In this document: positions 1-10,618 of the stretch, in pieces | Layout of the letters: each line of letters starts with the position of its first letter | Numbering within the stretch: the first letter of the stretch is position 1 | The notes under the pieces: model-generated | What the model was told of the DNA's origin: nothing | Database searches by the model: none | What the model saw: only the letters and a program-made list of their open reading frames with translations | Translations under genes and position numbers: made by a program | DNA from: an uncultured Nitrospiraceae bacterium | GTDB lineage: Bacteria; Nitrospirota; Thermodesulfovibrionia; Thermodesulfovibrionales; UBA6898 | Direction: 5' to 3' | Assembly (NCBI GenBank): GCA_963811165.1 | Contig: CAWEQH010000010.1 | Coordinates: 1,024,001-1,088,000, forward strand | DNA: 64,000 nt

Positions 1-228
1 ATAAGGATTACTTTTTCGGACACGGGCTGCGGCATTTCTGATGAGATCAGGGACAAGATATTCGAGCCTTTCTTTACTACGAAGCAGCCGGGAGAGGGAA
101 CAGGACTCGGTCTTGCGGTAAGCTATGGAATAGTGAAGGAACACAAAGGGGAGATTTCGGTCAGGAGCGAGAAAGGGAAGGGATCGTGTTTTACGCTTTG
201 GTTCCCCCTCGAAGGAGAAAAGGCATGA
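1..228 (+). CDS. Sensor histidine kinase, C-terminal HATPase domain (5' part outside window)
   Basis: Frame 1 reads [25 protein letters not shown] (G1/F/G2 boxes). Its TGA overlaps the ATG of the response regulator (ATGA at 225-228). Confidence 0.92.
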   Translation: MRITFSDTGCGISDEIRDKIFEPFFTTKQPGEGTGLGLAVSYGIVKEHKGEISVRSEKGKGSCFTLWFPLEGEKA

Positions 229-1631
229 GCCAGAAGATTCTCATTGTTGACGACAATCCGGATATGACCCGCTTTCTTGAGAGGCTGATCGGAAACGCAC
301 TTAATCTGGAAACCCGTGTCGCCGGCAGCGCTGAGGCGGCCCTGCAGATCCTCAAAGAAGACACTGTCCACTGCCTTCTTGTAGATATGAAGATGCCGGG
401 TATGGACGGTATGGAGCTCTTACGGAATATCAGGAAAAAGGACGACTCGCTGCCTGTGATAATTATGACCGCCTATGGCGCCATCGAAACGGCGGTAGAG
501 GCCATGAAGGAAGGGGCCTATGACTTTATCACCAAGCCCTTCGAAGAGGAGCGGTTACTGCATACGGTCCGAAGGGCGCTGGAGCATCAGCAGCTTCTCC
601 AAAGGAACCTGGACCTCGAAAGAAGGATCAGAGAGAAAGAAAAGGAAACGTTCTTTGTCGGAGAGTCCCCCCGGATGAAAGAACTGATCGATACGATAAA
701 GTTGGTGGCAGTAACGGACGTCACCGTGCTTATCACCGGCGAGACCGGAACCGGAAAGGAACTGGCCGCCCGCATGATTCACAGCCTCAGCAACAGGACA
801 GGCAAGCCTTTTGTGGTAGTAAACTGTCCTGCCATCCCTGAGAATATACTGGAGAGTGAACTCTTCGGCTATCGCAAGGGGGCATTTACCGGGGCCAACA
901 CCGACAGAGAGGGGCTTTTTCAGGCGGCAGAGGGAGGGACACTGTTTCTTGACGAGATCGGGGACATATCATCCTCACTGCAGGCAAAGCTTCTGAGAGT
1001 GCTGCAGGAGAGAGAACTGAAACCCCTTGGCGATACCGCCACCCTCAGAGTCGATGTCCGGGTCATAGCGGCCACAAACCGGGACCTCGAAGAAAATGTC
1101 GCCTCAGGACTTTTCAGGTCCGATCTTTACTACCGGCTGAACGTTGTTTCGGTCCGCACGCCGCCCCTTAGGGAAATACCCGAGGATATCCCTCTCATCG
1201 CCTACCATTTTCTTTCCCTTTTTTGCGCAGAACTGGGATTGGACCAGAAGAGATTTTCAGAAGAGGCAATACGATTTCTCGTTTCCCGTCAGTGGAAAGG
1301 CAACGCCCGCGAGCTTCAGAATGAGATAAAGAGGACGGTGATCTTTTCGAAAGGCGAAATCCTTACCCGGGAGGATTTCGGGAGCGGTGCTCCGGCGACC
1401 CCATTATGCGAGGACATCTCTGAACTGTACGGGCTTCAATACCGGGAGGGAAGGAATAAAGTCCTCACGACATTCAACGTGGAGTACATTACGCGTCTTC
1501 TAAGGCGCACGGAAGGGAACGTCTCTCTTGCGGCCCAGACCGCGGGTATAGAGAGACAATCCCTGCAGCAGCTCATGAAGAAGTACGGAATCAATTCGTC
1601 CGAATTCAAGAAGGATGCGGAAAAGAAATAG
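225..1631 (+). CDS. NtrC/AtoC-family sigma54-dependent response regulator (REC-AAA+-HTH)
   Basis: Receiver motifs ILIVDD..DMKMPG..KPF, Walker [15 protein letters not shown] loop, FLDEIG, C-terminal Fis-type HTH. Start placed at ATG 225 after GGAGA. Confidence 0.95.
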   Translation: MSQKILIVDDNPDMTRFLERLIGNALNLETRVAGSAEAALQILKEDTVHCLLVDMKMPGMDGMELLRNIRKKDDSLPVIIMTAYGAIETAVEAMKEGAYDFITKPFEEERLLHTVRRALEHQQLLQRNLDLERRIREKEKETFFVGESPRMKELIDTIKLVAVTDVTVLITGETGTGKELAARMIHSLSNRTGKPFVVVNCPAIPENILESELFGYRKGAFTGANTDREGLFQAAEGGTLFLDEIGDISSSLQAKLLRVLQERELKPLGDTATLRVDVRVIAATNRDLEENVASGLFRSDLYYRLNVVSVRTPPLREIPEDIPLIAYHFLSLFCAELGLDQKRFSEEAIRFLVSRQWKGNARELQNEIKRTVIFSKGEILTREDFGSGAPATPLCEDISELYGLQYREGRNKVLTTFNVEYITRLLRRTEGNVSLAAQTAGIERQSLQQLMKKYGINSSEFKKDAEKK

Positions 1632-1654
1632 CACGACCTTACCAATTCAGGAGA

Positions 1655-2170
1655 TCAGGAAGATATGGTCATTTTCTCCAGGACAGACACATCTATTGCA
1701 TAGCCGAAATGCAGTTGCGCCTGTCTGATAAACTGCTGGATTTCCTTAACGTCTTTTTTTTTGTCGAAAAAAATCTTATCAATTCCATTTTCGGTTTCTA
1801 TGCATAAATGATATCTTGCCCGAAATATTCCGCTCAAAAGCCAGAAGCCGGCCCCGGTCATGATCCAGAGGATGATCGGGATAAGGGGGATTACAAAGTT
1901 CCCGGATTCATCCTGTATAAAAGAGCCCCCTCTCGCACTTGCAAAAAAGGTAACGACTAATCCGATCAGCCCAAGCGAAAGGAGCGTAAAACCGAGGAAG
2001 TATTGACAAAACGGATACTTAGCATCTGTGTCATAATAGAGTTTGATCCGGCGAATTTGCTCTCTTTGAATAGTCCTGACAAGCCTGTCGCCGTCGAGTT
2101 CACTGATATTGGTCCCCGTAATTTCTACTTTCGGGCGCCTGAGAGAATTATTATATGTGTCGATAACCAA
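1655..2170 (-). CDS. Hypothetical membrane protein (2 predicted TM segments)
   Basis: 171-aa ORF with two hydrophobic stretches; start codon uncertain. Confidence 0.65.
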   Translation of the reverse strand: MVIDTYNNSLRRPKVEITGTNISELDGDRLVRTIQREQIRRIKLYYDTDAKYPFCQYFLGFTLLSLGLIGLVVTFFASARGGSFIQDESGNFVIPLIPIILWIMTGAGFWLLSGIFRARYHLCIETENGIDKIFFDKKKDVKEIQQFIRQAQLHFGYAIDVSVLEKMTISS

Positions 2171-2652
2171 AGCAACCTCTCTCTTATGAAGTCCCGCACA
2201 GACGACGATACAAACGTACTATATTATACCCTATTTTGCCCCGGAACTGCCGCTTGACCATCCTTCGGCGTTGCTACCCTTCTAAGGAATACTTGTGTTT
2301 ACATTTTTTGTAAATATTAATCGTGATTTTTTGAAGAGGCACCACGAGTCCTAACTTTCAGGAAACTGAAAATCTATCAAGGTTACAACTGGAATAAACC
2401 ATTGCTGGAAAGACCTGAACGCGTTTCTTTCAGCCACTAAGTGATATTCCTCAAGCGCCGGAATGGTTAACCATTTCCAGATGAAAGACACCTACCAGTG
2501 CCCACTTGAAACCGCCAATATTCTTCCGCTCACAACACGTTAAAACAACGTAACAAATTATGACGAATCTGAGATGACGAGCTTTCTCGTTTTATAGGAC
2601 AAAATAAAGTTGCGCACTCATTTAATTAGAGGGCTATGATATTTGAGAAAGA

Positions 2653-5238
2653 CTACTCCCTTGGGCTTGCGACAATGTTCATGAAAATATCATAGCACGT
2701 GCTCCCGCGATCGACCGATATCGAAATCGCGGGGAACTGAAAACTATCAGGAACCAGGCCACTGTCAAAATGCATGAGATCACTATTGTCTATGCTGAGT
2801 TCAAGAACAAGTCGATGCGTCTTGGCAAAGTCACCGCCTGTTTGGTATATCCCAAATCCGGTGATTGTGTGCATCACCGTTCCATCAGGACTGGCAACAG
2901 TCCACGAGATATCATCCAGACTGTATCTGTCAAACGCTGGGCTGGAGTTCAATTGAATCAGCTTGAAAGCCCCCAAAATTTGTCGGCCGATGGTTATCGG
3001 ACATAAACAGGGACTGACACATCCTTCCTGATAGGTTGACGATGAAGCGAGCAGATAAGGCGTAGTATTAGTGGTTTTTTGCCCTACACCGAACAAGCTC
3101 AGGACTGAATCATGACTATATTGGAAATCTGCAAGGTAAGAAACTCCGCCAAATAGAATCGTCGGGCTATGCAGTGTAAGATCGGGAGATACCAAAGCAG
3201 GTCGGCAATTTGCAAACGGTCTTATGTCCGTCAATAAGCCGTAGTTTGTAAGTTGGATTTCAAGGGTATTCAGGTGGATTTCGAGGGTATCTGATATAAC
3301 TTGGAAATCCGCCCAATAGGACTGACCATGAAAGTTTATAACAGGGATATGCAATTGCAAACCGCTCGATAGTGTAGCTGCGCAATCTCCATTTTCCGAA
3401 TCTGGCTGAAGTATCGCACCGTTGCGTCCAACAGTTAAGAATCTGCCATTCCCATAGGTTACTTCCTGGAGCCCCGGCCGGAAGTATGCCGGGATTCTGC
3501 CTGTCCAGTTCACTCCGTCAAAAGATGAAGAAACTCCGTTATTAACAGCTAAAAAATTACCGTTGCCGAATGTAATTCTGCTGAAAGCCGACGAACAATT
3601 TATAAAATTGTCCGGGCCAGCCGTCCAGTTCACGCCGTCAGATGAAGTATAAATCATTGAACAAAGCGGTTCCGGAGGGCCAAAAATGTAGACACTTATG
3701 AACCCCACAGCAACAAAGATTCCGTTTCCATAGGCTACGCCATATAAGGACCCATAAGATGTTCCATATAACGAAGTCGAAGAAATTCCCGACCGCCTTT
3801 CGGTCCAGTTTATCCCATCTGACGATGACAGGATTATTTGATCAGACCCTACTGCGACAAAAGCACCGTTACCATAAGTTATTCCCAAGAGTTGATTGGG
3901 AGTTCCTGATGTCCTTTCTGTCCAGGTGAGACCATCGGACGAGGTGAGGATTGTGCCGTTATCGCCAACGGCAATAAAGATCCCATTTCCAAAGGTCATA
4001 TCATTTAGGCTATGCATATTTGTAGAATTTCCAGTATTCCACTTTACTCCATCAGACGATGTAAGGAGAGTGTCATTATCACCCAATGCAACAAACAGTC
4101 CGCTGCCGTAAGCCACTCGACGGAGTTTGCTGGTAGTACCAGACAAAACGCTTTTCCAGTCTGTGCCGTCATAAGAATAAAGGATCGTGCCCTTATCTCC
4201 TACGGCGACATATGTTCCCTTACCGTAGGCTGCACCGTAAAGGTCATTAATGTTTCCGTCAATTAGAACAGTCCACTTCACCCCATCAGAAGAGATCAGA
4301 ACTATGCCATTACCTATAGCGACAAACATGCCGTTTTCATAAGCCGCCACGGAAAGGGACTTAGTTGTGCCCGAACTGCTGGTTGTCCAGTTCACGGAAT
4401 CGGGAGAGGTAAGAATTGTTCCATTATCTCCCACAGCGACAAAAACACCATTACCGTTAGTTATTCCAATGAGTTGATTTGGAGATTCTAATGTCTTTTC
4501 AATCCAGGTTACTCCATCAGGGGAGGAGAGTATTTTGACCCCGGGCGAGATGAGGGGTTGGCCACGCCACCCCATAACAACAAATGTCCCATTCCCGTAT
4601 GTAACATTAGCTTCAGAAAAATGATCAGTGATAGGACCATTGATGTTCCTTTGTGTCCAATTGAGTCCATCCGGTGAAGTAGAAATTCCGCCATTAACGC
4701 CTACTGTAACAAAAGTACCGTTTCCGTAGGCCAAATGAACAGCGTCGCGTGCGATCCCGCCAGTTACGGGATTACCTGTTGATATAATGGTCCAGTTTAT
4801 TCCATCCGGAGAAGTCATGTTCGTGTAGGCCCCGATGGCAACAAAGATTCCGCCTCCGAAGACCACATCATTCAGGTCATCCTTGATTTGGGTATCGATT
4901 GCTGTCCAGTTTATCCCATCCGTGGAGGTAAGAACTTTGCCCCCGGTGCCTACAGCGGCAAAAGTGCCGGTACCAAAAGCCACTCCGGACAACGGATTAG
5001 ACAGGTCTGAAACCCTTACGGTCCAGTTCATGCCATCAGGCGAAGAAGAGATCGCTCCGCCCACAGCGACAAACATACCATTGCCATAAGTTATTTTTGA
5101 AACGAATCCGACCTGAGGTATCGGATCTCTCCAAAGCCATCTATCAAGCGGGTCTGCACTTGAATTGCCTGAGAGGAGAAATGACGTAATAATAAGGGTC
5201 AGGATTAAGATGCGGTGAAATAATTTTTGTGACTTCAT
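2653..5238 (-). CDS. Large secreted protein: ~40-aa beta-propeller-like repeats plus C-terminal accessory domains
   Basis: N-terminal signal peptide, then about 14 repeats of (I/V)xYGNGxFVAVG..GTILTSxDGxNWT. AT-richer than its neighbours. Confidence 0.85.
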   Translation of the reverse strand: MKSQKLFHRILILTLIITSFLLSGNSSADPLDRWLWRDPIPQVGFVSKITYGNGMFVAVGGAISSSPDGMNWTVRVSDLSNPLSGVAFGTGTFAAVGTGGKVLTSTDGINWTAIDTQIKDDLNDVVFGGGIFVAIGAYTNMTSPDGINWTIISTGNPVTGGIARDAVHLAYGNGTFVTVGVNGGISTSPDGLNWTQRNINGPITDHFSEANVTYGNGTFVVMGWRGQPLISPGVKILSSPDGVTWIEKTLESPNQLIGITNGNGVFVAVGDNGTILTSPDSVNWTTSSSGTTKSLSVAAYENGMFVAIGNGIVLISSDGVKWTVLIDGNINDLYGAAYGKGTYVAVGDKGTILYSYDGTDWKSVLSGTTSKLRRVAYGSGLFVALGDNDTLLTSSDGVKWNTGNSTNMHSLNDMTFGNGIFIAVGDNGTILTSSDGLTWTERTSGTPNQLLGITYGNGAFVAVGSDQIILSSSDGINWTERRSGISSTSLYGTSYGSLYGVAYGNGIFVAVGFISVYIFGPPEPLCSMIYTSSDGVNWTAGPDNFINCSSAFSRITFGNGNFLAVNNGVSSSFDGVNWTGRIPAYFRPGLQEVTYGNGRFLTVGRNGAILQPDSENGDCAATLSSGLQLHIPVINFHGQSYWADFQVISDTLEIHLNTLEIQLTNYGLLTDIRPFANCRPALVSPDLTLHSPTILFGGVSYLADFQYSHDSVLSLFGVGQKTTNTTPYLLASSSTYQEGCVSPCLCPITIGRQILGAFKLIQLNSSPAFDRYSLDDISWTVASPDGTVMHTITGFGIYQTGGDFAKTHRLVLELSIDNSDLMHFDSGLVPDSFQFPAISISVDRGSTCYDIFMNIVASPRE

Positions 5239-5774
5239 GATCCCCTCACTCTTTTCTTAGGATATCTCTCAAACTTTTGAAAGTCAATTACATAAAAAAA
5301 CAATTAAAAAAACAATCTGTCAAGATTAGCATTTAATGCCTGTAGACAAATCATATTCGACTGCCGGCATTTTGGCATTGAAATGCTGTAATTCCGTTTG
5401 TCGTATATACTTCTCGAACTTGGTAATAATTAATAATTTTACGAACAAGGCGGTAATTATGTTCCCTTCCCACGAGCGCATAAGTCTTGATGGAGGTTTT
5501 ATAGGAAGGCTGCTCGTTTTGGAACGCAGGCGTTATCATTGGCGGAGAAGCGGTCGGCGTTTGATAGAAGCAAGCTGAGGCCTCAACTTTCTTTTCGAAA
5601 ACTCGCATCAGGGATAGCGTCTCCAGGTCGCTCTTTTAGCCACAAGGTCGCAAATCCTGGAGATACCGATGACCTACAATTATGGAATGAAAGAACATAT
5701 CGCCTCAGGACTTTCGTGCAATAAGATCATCAAAAGTTTTTTCCATAAAAGTGGTTAGTTACTATTGCTGCATC

Positions 5775-6641
5775 TCACCCTTTCGGCAAAGCATCGATTA
5801 TCTCGCTCACAGAATCCGATTTGTTCATGGTATAAAAATGAAGGAACCTGACCCCGTTACTTATCAGATCTTCGCACTGCTTTACGGCATGATTAATTCC
5901 TACCTTCCTCATATCTTCAGGCTTGTCTATATAAGGGGAGATCTCCACCCTTACATTTTTCGGAATCGTCGCGTTGCAAAAGTTCGCGAATTCCTCAATC
6001 TTTCTGCAATCGGTAATTGGCATTATACCCGGCAGTATCGGAATATTTATCCCTATTTTTTCCGCCCGCTCCATAAACTCATAATAATATCGGTTGTCAA
6101 AAAACATCTGAGTAATACCGAAGTCGGCGCCGGCATCCACTTTCTGTTTTGTATAATCCATGTCCCTAGCAATGTCAGGAGACTCGAAGTGACCTTCCGG
6201 ATATACGGCAACACCTGTAGAGAAATAATCATATCCCCTTATGAATTCAACCAGGTCCTTTGCATATCTGAATTCACCTTTGGAGGCGTTGAAGTCGGGT
6301 GCGTTTCTCGGCGCATCACCACGCAGCGCGAGGATGTTGTCTATGCCGTTTTCTCTGTAATTTTCGAGGAGCGCAGCAACGCTGCTTCTGGTTGCGCCGG
6401 TGCAGGTAAGATGGGACATTACCGTGAGATCTGTTTCTCCCTTAATCCATCCGAGAGTTTTGGCAGTCCGCTCCTGCGTGCTGCCACCCGCACCGTAGGT
6501 CACAGACACATACAGGGGATTGTATCTGCTTAGATCAAGGACAACTTTCATGAAGCCTTCTTTACCTTCAACCGATTTCGGCGGAAAGAATTCGAAAGAT
6601 ACCCCGCTTTTTTTCTCATTCAGGAGTTCCCTTATTTTCAT
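5775..6641 (-). CDS. metF: 5,10-methylenetetrahydrofolate reductase
   Basis: SFEFFPPK, SVTYGAGG, HLTC, LALRGD, ITQMFFD, HFYTMN motifs. Confidence 0.95.
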   Translation of the reverse strand: MKIRELLNEKKSGVSFEFFPPKSVEGKEGFMKVVLDLSRYNPLYVSVTYGAGGSTQERTAKTLGWIKGETDLTVMSHLTCTGATRSSVAALLENYRENGIDNILALRGDAPRNAPDFNASKGEFRYAKDLVEFIRGYDYFSTGVAVYPEGHFESPDIARDMDYTKQKVDAGADFGITQMFFDNRYYYEFMERAEKIGINIPILPGIMPITDCRKIEEFANFCNATIPKNVRVEISPYIDKPEDMRKVGINHAVKQCEDLISNGVRFLHFYTMNKSDSVSEIIDALPKG

Positions 6642-6815
6642 TGTTTCCTCAAGGTAATTCTATTTTTACCCGTTATTCTCACAAAAAGTTGACATAAAAG
6701 TGGGCATGAAAGCTGGGAAGGTCATTATCTCAACCGCCTCCAAATTATTCAATTTCAAATTCATCGCCTTGTTTTTCTTTCTTATCAAGAATGGGGTAAG
6801 CTTATATTTAATTCC

Positions 6816-7160
6816 TTAAACTACACCTCCTTCTCCTTTGAGATACCCCACTACTTGGGGATTAGGTTTTGGAAGACCTGCCACCTTCCATGCGGTGAGA
6901 GGTTCCATAAACTTTTCGGTTATGCATTCCTTGGGCTGGTGAACATTCTTACAGATAGAACCGAGAAGCGGGAAAAAGTTATATTTTCTGTAATGATCCC
7001 TCAGGAATTTGATAATCTCCATTCTATCTTGGGTGAGTTCTTCGACTCCCTCATTCTCTGCCAATGCGCACGCCACCTTTTCGTTCCAGTCATCGGGATT
7101 TTCGAGATATCCTTCATCATCCAGCTTAATCTTTAGATTTGAGTATTCTAAAATAGGCAT
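6816..7160 (-). CDS. TusE/DsrC-family protein lacking the C-terminal cysteines
   Basis: LDDEGYL..DWNE.VA..LA..EG..ELT and AGLPKP family motifs. No Cys in the C-terminal arm. Confidence 0.88.
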   Translation of the reverse strand: MPILEYSNLKIKLDDEGYLENPDDWNEKVACALAENEGVEELTQDRMEIIKFLRDHYRKYNFFPLLGSICKNVHQPKECITEKFMEPLTAWKVAGLPKPNPQVVGYLKGEGGVV

Positions 7161-7210
7161 AGAAGCCTCCTTCCTTTGCGGTTGTAAAATTCAGACGACA
7201 TCGACCTACC

Positions 7211-7471
7211 TCAATTGCTTTCTCCTTCTTCGAAATATCTGATGAACTGGCCGACCTGCACCCCGAGATATACGCACTTGATATTATTCAGGCAGTCGTC
7301 CGCATCCTTCTTCTCGAGATGCGTTGTGAGTTCATGTTTGCCTTTCTTGAAATCGAGAATATAGGCATTCTTCTCAGCATTGAAACGAAGACTAAAAGAT
7401 ATCTCGTGCTTTTTGATTTCAGGATACATCTCCAGAATCTTGGCTCTCAATTGATCGTCCGAATACGCCAT
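7211..7471 (-). CDS. Small conserved hypothetical protein
   Basis: Start MAYSDD after GGAAGGAGG; co-oriented and adjacent to the DsrC-like gene; contains CxxxxxC. Confidence 0.75.
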   Translation of the reverse strand: MAYSDDQLRAKILEMYPEIKKHEISFSLRFNAEKNAYILDFKKGKHELTTHLEKKDADDCLNNIKCVYLGVQVGQFIRYFEEGESN

Positions 7472-7639
7472 AAGGCCCTCCTTCCACTCTCTTTTTATTT
7501 CATGATAGCGCATCCTGAAACAAAATCAATCCCTTCATCAGATCATCCGCTCGTTTGACAGGGGCCCCTTCTCGTGATATGTTTTCCTCGTATTGAAAAA
7601 AAACCTTGTCAGAAACGCTGTGGTACCGATGGAGGGACG

Positions 7640-8566
7640 ATGGAGCGAAAGGACGGCATAGGTGGCACCGAGGGCGCAGAGTCACCGCTCGACTGCATTG
7701 TCATCGGAGCTGGCCCGGGTGGCCTGCAGGCTTGCATCTACCTCGGCCGCTACAACTTCCGCGTTATGCTGTTCCACCGGCAAGGCGGACGGACCTACCA
7801 CGCAAAGCATATCGAGAACTACCTCGGCCTTCGCGTTGTTACAGGCCCGGACCTTCTGGAATCCGGCCTTGCCCAGGCAGAAAGCTTCGACGTTGCTATC
7901 GAGCGCGTTACGGTGAACCGCGTTGCGCCCCGGGGAGAGTATTTTGAGGTGCAGGCTGAGGGTAGGACGTATCGCTCCCGTTTCGTCATCGCTGCCTCAG
8001 GGGCCAGGGAAACCCTCGCCCCTCTCAAGAACATAGCGCGCTTCTTCGGTACCTCCTACTTCACCTGCATGATCTGCGACGGCTATCGTACTACCGGCAA
8101 GAAGCTGCTTGTCATCGACCGCACCGTCAACGGGGTGCGCCTCAGCGTCGGCATGAAGCAGCTGTTCACCAAGGACGTGACTTTCCTTGCTCATGGTTTC
8201 TCTCCGGTACAGACGTACGCATCGCTTCTCAAGGAGGAGGGAATCGGCCTGGTCGAGGGGCGGCCGGAGGAGCTTCTCGGCGAAAAGACCCTCGAGGGGG
8301 TGCGGCTCGCCGACGGGCGCGTCATCCCCTGCGAGGTCATTATGGGGTGGGGGGGGATCTCTCTCAACGACGAGTACCTCGAGGGCCTCCCTCTGGAGCG
8401 CGACGCCGAGGGGTTCAAGATCGTGACGAGGGGAGCGGGCGAGTCGAGCATCCCCGGTCTCTTCGTAGTCGGCGCTCTCCGCCAGGGCCACTCCCAAGCT
8501 ATCATCTCTGCTGGCCAGGGGGCCGAGGCGGCGATCGAAATCAGCACGAGGATCGTCGAGCTCTGA
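7640..8566 (+). CDS. Thioredoxin-reductase-like FAD-dependent oxidoreductase
   Basis: VIGAGPGGL, ENYLG, ASGA, CMICDG (CxxC), SIPGLFVVG. RBS GGAGG before ATG 7640. Visibly GC-richer than its flanks. Confidence 0.88.
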   Translation: MERKDGIGGTEGAESPLDCIVIGAGPGGLQACIYLGRYNFRVMLFHRQGGRTYHAKHIENYLGLRVVTGPDLLESGLAQAESFDVAIERVTVNRVAPRGEYFEVQAEGRTYRSRFVIAASGARETLAPLKNIARFFGTSYFTCMICDGYRTTGKKLLVIDRTVNGVRLSVGMKQLFTKDVTFLAHGFSPVQTYASLLKEEGIGLVEGRPEELLGEKTLEGVRLADGRVIPCEVIMGWGGISLNDEYLEGLPLERDAEGFKIVTRGAGESSIPGLFVVGALRQGHSQAIISAGQGAEAAIEISTRIVEL

Positions 8567-8680
8567 CGGTCCCGATACTTGGGAGAGCTCAGCCGTCGGC
8601 TTCGGTCCGTGGCTTCTACGGGTCAAAAACGCTCCCCATACACGCGTTTTCCGACAACTTTATGGACAGTACGTTGTGAA

Positions 8681-9256
8681 TCACGGATTTTTGGTGGCTG
8701 GCTCAGAACCTCCTGCATCTTCTACCAAACCTCCATGATTGGTTTCGATCTTCACAGGTCTTGAGAGCGTCAATCCCACAGGCGAGGTGTTTACCACATG
8801 CTTATGGAGTTCCCGGAGGGTTTTTTCGTCCGCACCGGCTTTGATCCTCACCTTTGCCTTGATGGTCTTGAATCCTGGGAGCTTATCCATATGAAGCTTT
8901 TCGGGAGGTTCGAGGCCAAGAAAGCCAGGCAGGTCAATCTCTCCTTCCAGATCGATCTTTATGTCATCAATCCTTATTCCTCTCACCGCGGCGTTCATGG
9001 CATATCCTATGCTGAGACATGCCCCGTATGCCTGGAGGAGCATCTCCACAGGATTGGCCGCGGTGTTTGTCCCGCAGAGCATCTCAGGCTCATCTGCCAT
9101 GAGAGTGAATTCCCTCGAACACGTCTCGACCTTAAAGCCGCCTTTCCAGGTTGTTGATGCCTTCCATACCGTCCTCCCAACCTCCCAATTCTGTTTCACC
9201 GTCTCCACAACCTTCATCAAATTTTCGGGGTCAAGTCCGTTTATTGCCACTGTCAT
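8681..9256 (-). CDS. OsmC-like protein
   Basis: ADEPEMLCGTNTAANPVE.LL.A.GAC, EGEIDL.GFLG, SPV motifs. Confidence 0.88.
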   Translation of the reverse strand: MTVAINGLDPENLMKVVETVKQNWEVGRTVWKASTTWKGGFKVETCSREFTLMADEPEMLCGTNTAANPVEMLLQAYGACLSIGYAMNAAVRGIRIDDIKIDLEGEIDLPGFLGLEPPEKLHMDKLPGFKTIKAKVRIKAGADEKTLRELHKHVVNTSPVGLTLSRPVKIETNHGGLVEDAGGSEPATKNP

Positions 9257-9360
9257 AGTCGTTACCCCCTTTAAAAACGTTGGGTTAGTAAAAAATGGGA
9301 CGAGTCGCGATGACGCTTGCCCGCTCATACTTGCTCATTGATGTATTTTATCTATATCTG

Positions 9361-9549
9361 TTACTCGCTCCAGCTTATGGCTTGGACGGGACAGACATCA
9401 ATCGCCTCCTGACAATTGCATGTGTGGCATTTATCAGGGCCGATTACCCATGCCTTCTCATCATTCCTTAATTCAAAGACCTCGGGACAAAGCTCAGGAC
9501 ATGAGCCGCACCCTATACACGTTTCATAGTCTACTATGGGTATTTTCAT
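9361..9549 (-). CDS. Monocluster 4Fe-4S ferredoxin
   Basis: CIGCGSCPELCP ... CPVQAI, 62 aa. Confidence 0.93.
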   Translation of the reverse strand: MKIPIVDYETCIGCGSCPELCPEVFELRNDEKAWVIGPDKCHTCNCQEAIDVCPVQAISWSE

Positions 9550-9628
9550 GTAAATGTCTCCTTTTCTTTACCAATAATACTTTAAGGTCTGAGCTCAATG
9601 CCTTTTAGAGGTCTGCCTTTCTCACCTC

Positions 9629-10114
9629 TCACCCTCCTATATCTCCTTGAGGAATAGCATCTCCTATCTCATCCAGCTTTTGTCTCAGCCAGCCGGCCTT
9701 GTTCTCTATTTCTTCTCTTTCGGGTTCCCAGCTTGTCGCACATTCGAGTTTCAGTCTCCCGATCCTGTCGTTAAGCTCCTCCATGACCATGTGCAGTTCG
9801 TTCACCTCCGCCACCACTTTCTCCTTGTCACCCGTTGACACACTGTCCAGCTTTTTAACAATGCCCGCGAGCTTCGTTTTCCACCCGGCAAGCTCTATGC
9901 TCAAATTGTCGCAGTACCCCTCTATGTTGCCAACCGGCCTCGCTCTTCTGGTTACACTTTCAAGGAGCCTTCTTGCAACCACTTCATCGCTGTGGAGTTC
10001 GGCCCTCGCGTCCCTTTTGTCAGTCCTGGCTATTAATGTTCTCAGTTCGTTATCAAAACTTTCCAGTGCGTGTTTTAACAACTCTGTTTCTTTTTCATCC
10101 AGTTCGAGTACCAT
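9629..10114 (-). CDS. Coiled-coil hypothetical protein
   Basis: 161-aa helical ORF with RBS GGAGG, lying inside the co-directional CBS-ferredoxin-OsmC run. Confidence 0.75.
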   Translation of the reverse strand: MVLELDEKETELLKHALESFDNELRTLIARTDKRDARAELHSDEVVARRLLESVTRRARPVGNIEGYCDNLSIELAGWKTKLAGIVKKLDSVSTGDKEKVVAEVNELHMVMEELNDRIGRLKLECATSWEPEREEIENKAGWLRQKLDEIGDAIPQGDIGG

Positions 10115-10161
10115 GTCTTGCCTCCCTTCCCTTTGTGAGGGGTTTAGCCTTTGTTTCTTGT

Positions 10162-10587
10162 TCAGCAGCAGTGTTTTGCAAAGGCCTCTTCGAGGCCGAT
10201 GAACTGCTGAAACTCGTCCTTTATCTCTCTTGCCACATCCGCTGAAGATAAGAGACCCACTACCTTGCCGTTTTCCGTAACAGGGAGCCTTCTGACAGTC
10301 GCTTGGTTCATTATCCTCAGGGCGGAATCAAAATCCGCATCTGCACTGATGCATATCGGGTCTGCCGTCATAATCTCATACGCAAAGGTTGTCTTTGGGT
10401 CTTTAGAATCTGCAGCTACCGCGATAGCTACGTCCCTGTCTGTGACAATCCCCTTAAGCTTCCAGCCCTCTTCAACGACAAGAACCGATCCAATGCGATG
10501 CTCTTTCATCTTTTGGGCAACTTCAAAAAGAGTGGAAGATGGAAGAACCGTCACCACTTCTTTATTCATTAGCTGTTTTACGGTCAT
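10162..10587 (-). CDS. CBS-pair domain protein
   Basis: MTVKQLM..V, IGSVLVV, GIVTDRD, VRRLPV..G.VVGLLS..D. RBS GGAGG before ATG 10587. Confidence 0.92.
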   Translation of the reverse strand: MTVKQLMNKEVVTVLPSSTLFEVAQKMKEHRIGSVLVVEEGWKLKGIVTDRDVAIAVAADSKDPKTTFAYEIMTADPICISADADFDSALRIMNQATVRRLPVTENGKVVGLLSSADVAREIKDEFQQFIGLEEAFAKHCC

Positions 10588-10618
10588 AGTGACCTCCTTC
10601 CCAGGCCAAACCCTCACC

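Noticed and set aside
5362..5378. Sigma54-like TTGGCATTGAAATGC
   Set aside because: GG-to-GC spacing is 9 rather than the required 10 nt.
6781..6800. CTTATCAAGA resembling the start of a SAM-I riboswitch near metF
   Set aside because: Wrong strand for metF, and no GAGGGA/GGCAACC core follows.
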